Below are positions 53,869 through 64,000 of a stretch of DNA of 64,000 nt, piece after piece. Numbering within the stretch: position 1 is the first letter of the stretch; each line of letters begins with the position of its first letter. The notes beneath the pieces were generated by a model. It worked only from the letters and a program-made list of their open reading frames with translations. It ran no database searches and was not told the origin of the DNA. Source of the stretch: an uncultured Actinomycetes bacterium (GTDB taxonomy: Bacteria > Actinomycetota > Acidimicrobiia > IMCC26256 > PALSA-610); assembly GCA_963729375.1 (NCBI GenBank), contig CAVSNP010000008.1, positions 164,392 through 228,391 on the forward strand, given 5' to 3'. A program made the position numbers and the translations under genes.

Positions 53869-54024
53869 CGATCCTCCTCGGCTGTGTGTGAGTTTCTACA
53901 CGCAGCGCATCTGGGCGTGCGTCCGGCCTGACCGCTCGGCTCGGGAGGTCAGCCCGGCTCGGTCACATCCACACCCAAGACAGCTCGGCCTCCGCGGTGC
54001 GCCGGGCTTGGATAGGGTCGCTCG

Positions 54025-55020
54025 ATGGAGACTCAACAAAGCCCGGATCGCAACCTCGGGATGGAGCTCATGCGTGCCACCGAGGCCGCGGCACTCGCGG
54101 CCGGACGGTGGATGGGACGGGGCGACAAGAACGCCGCTGACGGCGCGGCGGTCGAGGCCATGCGCGTGGTCCTCAACAGCGTGTCGATGGACGGCGTGGT
54201 CGTGATCGGCGAAGGCGAAAAAGATGAAGCGCCCATGCTCTTCAATGGGGAGCAGATCGGCGACGGGTCTGCGCCCGCGATGGACATCGCCGTCGACCCG
54301 ATCGACGGCACCACGCTCACGTCGCTCGGCCGCCCCGGCGCGATCTCGGTCATCGCGCTGAGCGAGCGGGGCACCATGTTCAATCCCGGTCCGTGCGTAT
54401 ACATGGAAAAGATCGCGGCCGGCCCGTTGGCTGCGGACGCCATCGACCTGAACGCGCCGGTCAAGGCCAACCTAGAAGCCGTCGCGAAGGCGTTGGGTGA
54501 GCGGGTGAGCGACGTGACTGCGGTCATCCTCGACCGCGACCGTCACGCCGACCTCATCCGTGAGTGCCGTGAGGCCGGCGCACGTATCCGCCTCATCGCC
54601 GATGGCGATGTCGCGGGTGCGATCTCGGTTGCGTGGCGCAACTCGGGAACCGACGTGCTGTTCGGCATCGGTGGCACACCCGAAGGTGTGATCGCGGCGT
54701 GTGCGCTGAAATGTATCGGCGGCACCATTCAAGGCCGGTTGTGGCCCCGCAATGAGGAAGAGCGTCGCACCGCGCTGGACATGGGATACGACCTCGACCG
54801 CGTCCTCATGATTGACGATCTCGTGAGCGGCGACGACATCCACTTCTCGGCGACCGGCATTTCCGACGGAGAGCTGGTCCAAGGCGTCCGCTACTGGGGC
54901 GACGGCGCGAGCACGCAGAGCCTCGTCATGCGGTCGAAGTCGGGCACCGTCCGGATCATCGGAGCGACGCACCGCTGGACAAAACTGATGTCGTACTCCG
55001 CGGTGCGCTGGGGCCGCTGA
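54025..55020 (+). CDS. glpX: Class II fructose-1,6-bisphosphatase
   Basis: [40 protein letters not shown] motifs. Confidence 0.97.
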   Translation: METQQSPDRNLGMELMRATEAAALAAGRWMGRGDKNAADGAAVEAMRVVLNSVSMDGVVVIGEGEKDEAPMLFNGEQIGDGSAPAMDIAVDPIDGTTLTSLGRPGAISVIALSERGTMFNPGPCVYMEKIAAGPLAADAIDLNAPVKANLEAVAKALGERVSDVTAVILDRDRHADLIRECREAGARIRLIADGDVAGAISVAWRNSGTDVLFGIGGTPEGVIAACALKCIGGTIQGRLWPRNEEERRTALDMGYDLDRVLMIDDLVSGDDIHFSATGISDGELVQGVRYWGDGASTQSLVMRSKSGTVRIIGATHRWTKLMSYSAVRWGR

Positions 55021-55468
55021 CCGGGTCCGGTTGTCACCGGTTCGCGCCCGGCGCGACGACCGGACCGACGACGCTGCGCTCGACGGTCGGTGCAGATACC
55101 CACAGATGCCCTCGATTGTGTCGAAGCCGCCGAGTCCCGGCTCGGGCAGGTCCGGCGGTTCCGTACGACACAGGCCTTCCCCGAACAGCTGGGCGCGGTT
55201 GGCGACCACGAACCGTGATGGTGCGATCTTGACGGCGGCCGTCGGCGCTCGCCCCAACGTCCGCGCAGACGGGTCCGACAAACCGACCGTCGTTGCCGGC
55301 CGGACGCTTCGCACGCGCGTGTCTGCGACAACGTCCGGTTCGGTGCCACGGAGGTCGTCACTCGGGTCGCGACGTCGACAGCTCCGGACTCGCGGACCCG
55401 AGACGCGTCGCTGGCGGCTGCGGTCGTGGGCTTGGACCGATGACGGCCTCAGGCGGGCCAGCCGTCGG

Positions 55469-58322
<2,854 letters not shown>

Positions 58323-58324
58323 CG

Positions 58325-59857
58325 TTACCCGCTCTCACCGGTGGTCGTCGCTTCGAAACTCGACTTGAACGCGGTGACGGCCTCGGCGAGCGCATCGCCG
58401 TCGGGCAGCGAACCGTTGTCGCGGATGGTCGCCATGAGGTCGGCTTTGCGGGTGTGCATGTAGTCGAGCAGCTCGCCTTCGAATCGGCCGACGTCGCTTG
58501 ACGGGATGTCGTCGAGGTGACCGGTCGTTCCGGCGAAGATCGACACGACCTGATCTTCGACCGACATCGGCGCGTGCAAACCTTGTTTCAAAAGCTCCAC
58601 GAGACGTTCGCCCCGTTCGAGCTGGGCTTTCGACACCGCGTCGAGTTCGGAGCCGAAGGTCGCGAAGGCTTCGAGCTCACGGAACTGCGCGAGGTCGAGT
58701 TTGAGCGTGCCGGACACCGACTTCATTGCCTTGATCTGCGCGGCGCCGCCCACCCGGGATACGGAGATGCCGACATCGACCGCGGGACGCACCCCCGACT
58801 TGAACAGGTCGTCGACGAGGTAGATCTGACCGTCGGTGATCGAGATCACGTTGGTGGGGATGTACGCCGACACGTCGCCGGCTTTGGTTTCGATGATCGG
58901 CAGCGCGGTGAGCGAACCGGCGCCCTGGGCGTCGTTCAGCTTCGCGGCGCGCTCCAACAGGCGGCTGTGCAGGTAGAAGACGTCGCCGGGGTAGGCCTCG
59001 CGGCCCGGCGGGCGGCGCAGCAGCAGTGCGATCTGCCGGTACGCCTCGGCCTGCTTCGAGAGGTCGTCGTATACGACGAGTGCAGCCTCGCCGTGTTCCA
59101 TCCAGTGTTGACCGATCGCGCACCCGGAGTACGGCGCGAGGTATTTGAACACGGCCTCATCGGAGGCCGGTGCGCTGACGACCACCGTATATTCGAGCGC
59201 ACCGTGCTCGCGCAACGTTTCGACCGTCTGCGCGACCGTTGAGCCTTTCTGGCCGATCGCGACGTAAATGCATTTCACACCCTGACCTTTTTGGTTCAGG
59301 ATCGTGTCGATCGCGACGGTGGTCTTTCCGGTCTTTCGGTCGCCGATGATCAGCTCGCGCTGGCCCCGACCGATCGGTGTCATCGCGTCGATCGCCTTGA
59401 TGCCGGTCTGGAGCGGCTCGTGGACCGGCTTGCGGCCGGTGATGCCGGGCGCTTGGATCTCGAGGCGTCGCACCTCGTCGCGCGGGATCGGGCCGTGGCC
59501 GTCGATCGCCGCTCCCAGTGCGTTCACGACCCGGCCGAGCAGCGCGTCGCCGACCGGGATCGACAAGATGCCGCCGGTCGCGGTGACGAGCTGGCCTTCT
59601 TCGACTTTGTCGGCCTTGCCGAGCACCACCGCGCCGATGTTGTCTTCCTCGAGGTTCAGCGCCAAGCCGAGTGCGCCGCCTTCGAACTCGAGCAGCTCGT
59701 TGACCGCACATTTGGGCAGACCAGAAACGCGAGCGATGCCGTCACCGACCTCGAGGACCCGACCTACCTGCTCGCTTTCGATCGAGGGGCGGAACCCGTC
59801 GACGTTCTTGCGCAGCACCGCGGCGATGTCGGCCGCGTCGATCGTCAGCTCAGACAC
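58325..59857 (-). CDS. atpA: ATP synthase alpha subunit
   Basis: [29 protein letters not shown]; GGAGG RBS before the GTG. Confidence 0.97.
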   Translation of the reverse strand: MSELTIDAADIAAVLRKNVDGFRPSIESEQVGRVLEVGDGIARVSGLPKCAVNELLEFEGGALGLALNLEEDNIGAVVLGKADKVEEGQLVTATGGILSIPVGDALLGRVVNALGAAIDGHGPIPRDEVRRLEIQAPGITGRKPVHEPLQTGIKAIDAMTPIGRGQRELIIGDRKTGKTTVAIDTILNQKGQGVKCIYVAIGQKGSTVAQTVETLREHGALEYTVVVSAPASDEAVFKYLAPYSGCAIGQHWMEHGEAALVVYDDLSKQAEAYRQIALLLRRPPGREAYPGDVFYLHSRLLERAAKLNDAQGAGSLTALPIIETKAGDVSAYIPTNVISITDGQIYLVDDLFKSGVRPAVDVGISVSRVGGAAQIKAMKSVSGTLKLDLAQFRELEAFATFGSELDAVSKAQLERGERLVELLKQGLHAPMSVEDQVVSIFAGTTGHLDDIPSSDVGRFEGELLDYMHTRKADLMATIRDNGSLPDGDALAEAVTAFKSSFEATTTGESG

Positions 59858-59932
59858 ACTGCCTCCGCTGTAAACGGCCGTTCCGGCCACGACTTGGCGG
59901 GCGGCGGACGCCCGCTCCGGGCGTTCGCGTCA

Positions 59933-60458
59933 TCAGATCTGCTCTTTCAACTGGTCGAGACGGTGACGGACCGTGCCGTCGATCACCGTGTCTCCGACCG
60001 TGGCCACGATGCCGCCGAGGACCGATTCGTCGACGATCACCTTCACCTCGACCTGCTTGCCCGTCGCCCGGCTGAGCGCCTCGGCGATCCGTTGCTGTTG
60101 GACGTCGTCGAGCGCGACCGCGGAGCGGACTTCGGCGACGGTTCGTTCCCGGGTCTGGGCTGCCAGATCGACGAACCGGTCGACGATCGCGGGGAGGTCA
60201 TGCCCGCGGCCGGATGCCACGACGAACGTCGACGATCGCGCGCGTGACGGGCAGCGCTCGGTTGTCGAGCAACTCGTCGACGATCGCGGCGCGCCGGTCG
60301 AGCGGCAATCCAGGGTTCGACAGTGCCATACGCAGGTCGTCGTTGCCTTCGACGATGCGAGCGAAACGGAACAGCTCGTCTTCGACGTCGTCGAGGTGGC
60401 CTTCGGCCGAAACGATGTCGAGCAACGCCCGTGCGTAGACGTCGACGCGATCGGCCAT
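59933..60458 (-). CDS. atpH: ATP synthase delta subunit, frameshifted
   Basis: YARALL, AEVRSAV, VDESVLGGIVATVGDTVIDGTV motifs. Confidence 0.93.
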
Positions 60459-60461
60459 CGG

Positions 60462-61137
60462 TCAGTTGCTCCCGACCTGGTTGATGAAGCTGTCGACCAG
60501 ATGTTGCTGGGTGGCCCGGTCGAGATTGCGTTCGACGATGCGTTCCGCGAGATCGATCGAGAGCTGAGCGACGTCGGTGCGTAGCTCGGCCAGGGCGCGC
60601 TGCTGTTGCGCCAGCGATGTCGGCCTGGGCCCGTTCGCGCACCTCGTGGGCCTCGACTTCGGCGCGTGCGATCAGGTCTCGGCGTACCTGTTCGGCTGAC
60701 TGGCGGGCCTCTTCGATGATCCGTCCGGCCTCGTTGCGGGCGTCTCCGATCTGGGCCGAGTACTGCGGCTTTTCGGCCTCGGCGTCGGCGCGCGCCTTCT
60801 CGGCACCTTCGAGGTCGGTGCGGATGCGTTCCTCGTGCGGGCCTGCTCCATGTTGCGCACGGCGGGTAAGCCGAACTTCCACATCACGATCAGCAGCACG
60901 GCGAACGCGGCGGAGCCCCAGATGATCTCGTTTTTGTCGGGAAGCAACGGCGACGGCGCCTGCTGGCAGTCGCTGACGTCGCTGCCGGATCGCAACAACG
61001 CGTCGCAGTGCTGGTCGGTGGGCGAGTTGAAGTGGGGCTTCGCGGCGGTCCCGGCCGCGAACGTCGGGCGCGGCGACGAACAGCACCGCGACCACGATGC
61101 CGGCTACTGCGATGAGCGCACGGATGCGAGTACGCAC
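60462..61137 (-). CDS. atpF: ATP synthase b subunit with N-terminal extension, frameshifted
   Basis: EIIWGSAAFAVLLIVMWKFGLP TM helix, then a coiled coil (ARNEAGRIIEEARQSAE); GGAGG RBS. Confidence 0.88.
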
Positions 61138-61156
61138 CGTTCCTCCTGTCCGGGGT

Positions 61157-61417
<261 letters not shown>

Positions 61418-61441
61418 GGCCACTAGATGCTCCATGATGGT

Positions 61442-62208
61442 TCAGTGATCGGGGTGCATGGAACTGCCGATGTACACGGCAGTCAGGATCGTGAAGATGT
61501 AACGCCTGAAGGAGCTCACCAGGATCTCGAAGCCGGTCATGGCAACGAGTCCCGCGAACGAGAGCGGCGGAAGATCACTGGACCAGTGACTTTCGGTGAC
61601 CAGCAGCCGGCCGTCATGATCGCGGAGAACGTCAGCAGGATCAGTGGCCGGCGAGTCATGTTGGCGAACAGTCGGACCTCAGCGAGAACGGCCGCACGAG
61701 GAACGTCGAGACGAGCTCGATGATCAGGACCAGCGGGAATGATCGCGAGCGGGACGCCGGGCGGGATGTCGAGTTCCGCAGAAGTGGAGGGGCCTTGTTT
61801 GACCAACCCCACGACGATGTAGATGGCCCAGCTCATCAGGGCGAGCACCAGCGGGACGCCGAAGCGGGCGTTGGCCGGGAAGTGGACGCCGGGGATGATC
61901 TCGGTGATGTTGATGAAGAAGATGAAGAAGAACAGTGCAGTCAGGTACGGCAGGAAGCTCAGCCCTTCGGGGCCGATCGTCTGCATGATGACCTGGTTGC
62001 GAACGAAGGCGACGCCCGACTCCGCCGCGTTTTGGAACAGGCCGGCGGGCACGAGCGCGTCCTTGCGGCGTGTGCCGAGGTAGAACAACAAGATCGTGGC
62101 GAGGGTCGCGAAGCAGTAGATCGCGGCGGTCTTGTTGAAGCCGAGCGCTCCGCTCCCCCAGATGGTGACGTTGCTGATGGGCGGGACGTCGACGCCGAGC
62201 AGACTCAT
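61442..62208 (-). CDS. atpB: ATP synthase a subunit, multiple frameshifts
   Basis: FQNAAE, LFFFIFFIN, VRLFANM (essential Arg); position in the operon. Confidence 0.92.
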
Positions 62209-62633
62209 TCATCCCCCATCGGGACGGGCCTCGGGCGCAAGCCCGGTGCGGCCAACTGCAAGCTGATGTAGCGGGTTTCCCAGAACAGCAGGCCGAGGTG
62301 TGCGCCGACGATGGTGAAACCCAACCATGGCAACACGATCCACGAGACATGACGCAGCAACACAAGCGCCACGAGGATGAGGGCGAGACGAACGACGTAG
62401 CCGCCGAGCGCGGCGCCGCCGATCGCCGCCGGCGAAATCTTGGCGGCCCGGCCGACGATCGCCGCCGCGAGCAAGAAGTTCACGAACACGATTCCGAGGG
62501 CGATCGCTGCGCTCGCGGCGCCTTCCCAGTGGCTGGTGAGTCCGGCGACGACCACGACGAGCGGCCCGACAATCAAGCCGTGCTTGACGATATCGAGCGC
62601 GATGTCGCGTTCTACCGCTGGCTGCGCGTCCAC
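62205..62633 (-). CDS. atpI: ATP synthase protein I
   Basis: Four hydrophobic helices, VNFLL, GYVVRL; ATGA overlap with atpB. Confidence 0.8.
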   Translation of the reverse strand: MDAQPAVERDIALDIVKHGLIVGPLVVVVAGLTSHWEGAASAAIALGIVFVNFLLAAAIVGRAAKISPAAIGGAALGGYVVRLALILVALVLLRHVSWIVLPWLGFTIVGAHLGLLFWETRYISLQLAAPGLRPRPVPMGDE

Positions 62634-62869
62634 GGCTTGCCTTCCTCTTCGCGTTCGATCGCGGCCCGGTACCAGTAGTAACTGCGGGCTGCCACACCGA
62701 TCAGTCCGACCAGACCGAACGTGATCGCGAGCACAGGCCCGGTGCCGAAATGACGGTCGAGGAACCAGCCGAACAATGCGAACAGCAACGGCGCGGTGAC
62801 GAGCTCGGCCGCTTGGGAGAGCGCGTTCCCGAACCCGTTCCACGTCGCCTGACGATCGCGGAGCTCCAC
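62612..62869 (-). CDS. atpZ: AtpZ/AtpI-family small membrane protein
   Basis: GWFLDRHFGTGP motif between two TM helices; first gene of the atp operon. Confidence 0.85.
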   Translation of the reverse strand: MELRDRQATWNGFGNALSQAAELVTAPLLFALFGWFLDRHFGTGPVLAITFGLVGLIGVAARSYYWYRAAIEREEEGKPWTRSQR

Positions 62870-62936
62870 CTGAAACCTTCCCGACTCGCGGGCCCGGCAC
62901 GCAGTTTGCGGGCGGACCGGACCCCCCGAAACCCGC

Positions 62937-62954
62937 TTGTGAATCTATTCGCAA
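62937..62954. promoter_or_regulatory. Rex operator (ROP)
   Basis: TTGTGAA-TCTA-TTCGCAA, one mismatch to TTGTGAA-N4-TTCACAA, upstream of the atp operon. Confidence 0.75.
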
Positions 62955-62982
62955 TCTATGGTCAAGATTCTTGACGGGTCAA
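62953..62982 (-). promoter_or_regulatory. Sigma-A promoter of the atp operon
   Basis: Minus strand TTGACC-18nt-TAGATT; the predicted start site falls within the Rex box. Confidence 0.65.
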
Positions 62983-62998
62983 ACCGAAGCGGCGTGTT

Positions 62999-64000
62999 TC
63001 AGGCTCGTTGGCGGCGGCGCTCTTCGAGGTCGACGACCCCGTCGGAGCCGTGCCCGTTGGCGGGGTGCGACGCTCGGACCTGTTGTTCCCGAGTGCTTCG
63101 GCTTCCGGGGTGGAACACGGCGTACAGCAACAGGGCCAGGCCGGCCGCTACGAAGGGCACGATCGCGTTGCCTTCTTTGGTGTAGGTGGGCACGAGGGCC
63201 ACGGCCGACAGGAGCGCGGTCCACGCCCAGAGCATCGCCACCGTCCGGCGTGGCCCGTGGCCGAGGCGCATCAACCGGTGGTGCAGGTGCCCGGCGTCGG
63301 CCTGATGCCAGGGCTGGCGCTTCACCAGCCGGCGCACGAACGAGAAGCCGACGTCGAGGATCGGGACGCCGAGGATCACGACTGGGATCGCCAACGGCGC
63401 GAAGAAGAAGTAGGTGTTCCCAGAGAAGGCGAAATCGGTGCGGCCACCGATCGTGATCGTCGGGACGGCCAGCAGCACCCCGAGGAACAACGCGCCCGCG
63501 TCTCCCATAATGATTTTCGCCGGATGCCAGTTAAACGGCAGGAAGCCGACGCACACACCGACCGCGATGATGGCGACGAGCGGCGCGATGTTGTCCCCGC
63601 CGAGATAGCCGGCCTTGAACAGACGATCGGCGAACAGGAACAGCGCCCCGCCGGCGATCGCGACGATGCCCGCCGACAGGCCATCGAGTCCGTCGATGAG
63701 GTTCACCGCATTGGTCATCAACACGACCCACAACACGGTCACGAGGGGGGCAAGGTCGGGCGACAACACCACCACGCCCGTGTGGAACAGGTTGAACGGC
63801 ACCCGGAAGAAGTACATGACCACACCGAACCACCACAGCACGCTCGCCGCGAGCACCTGGCCGGCGAGCTTGGCCGGTGGTGACACCTCGATCAGGTCGT
63901 CGAGCGCACCGGTCATGAACATGACGCCGGCTCCGAGGAGGAGGCCGATGGGTTCGGAGTTGTTGACGAACATGGCGTGGAACTGCTGCATGTGGGACGC
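62999..64000 (-). CDS. wecA: Polyprenyl-phosphate GlcNAc-1-phosphate transferase (WecA/Rfe), 5' end outside window
   Basis: GALDD, NAVNLIDGLDGL, FNWHPAKIIMGDAG, HLHHRL motifs. Confidence 0.88.
   Translation of the reverse strand, partial: ASHMQQFHAMFVNNSEPIGLLLGAGVMFMTGALDDLIEVSPPAKLAGQVLAASVLWWFGVVMYFFRVPFNLFHTGVVVLSPDLAPLVTVLWVVLMTNAVNLIDGLDGLSAGIVAIAGGALFLFADRLFKAGYLGGDNIAPLVAIIAVGVCVGFLPFNWHPAKIIMGDAGALFLGVLLAVPTITIGGRTDFAFSGNTYFFFAPLAIPVVILGVPILDVGFSFVRRLVKRQPWHQADAGHLHHRLMRLGHGPRRTVAMLWAWTALLSAVALVPTYTKEGNAIVPFVAAGLALLLYAVFHPGSRSTREQQVRASHPANGHGSDGVVDLEERRRQRA

Overview
High-GC actinobacterial chromosome segment, most likely Acidimicrobiia (inferred from gene content and synteny). Many conserved genes carry single-base frameshifts, including atpD, atpG, atpH, atpF, atpE, atpB, murA and ugd, so this looks like an unpolished long-read assembly rather than real decay. 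0-25 kb: cell-envelope glycan and F420 region with manB, two very large GT-C-like membrane proteins, DUF5719, cofD/cofE/nitroreductase, galE-like, manC, two GT2 genes, a UDP-glucuronate decarboxylase-like gene, ugd and LCP. An IS1182 element sits exactly on the LCP stop codon (CTAG duplicated). 25-54 kb: acyl-CoA, biotin and B12 metabolism (acyl-CoA dehydrogenase, pabB/pabC-like, birA, accA, lpdA, galT-like, LLM oxidoreductase, two enoyl-CoA hydratases, meaB, nifU, murA, an isobutyryl-CoA-mutase-type large subunit), plus a GT4-methyltransferase-prenyltransferase-like cluster. 54-64 kb: glpX, the complete atp operon with a sigma-A promoter overlapping a Rex operator, and wecA. Most notable unexplained signals: an ORF-less degenerate group II intron 5' remnant (about 38.1-38.4 kb), a candidate UDP-xylose to lipid-carrier to GT-C glycosylation route, an orphan GT4/MT/prenyltransferase-like/MT cluster, and a 57-aa zinc-ribbon gene with a sigma-28-like promoter. 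No rRNA, tRNA or CRISPR array was seen. All family calls are from motif recognition by eye, not database searches.
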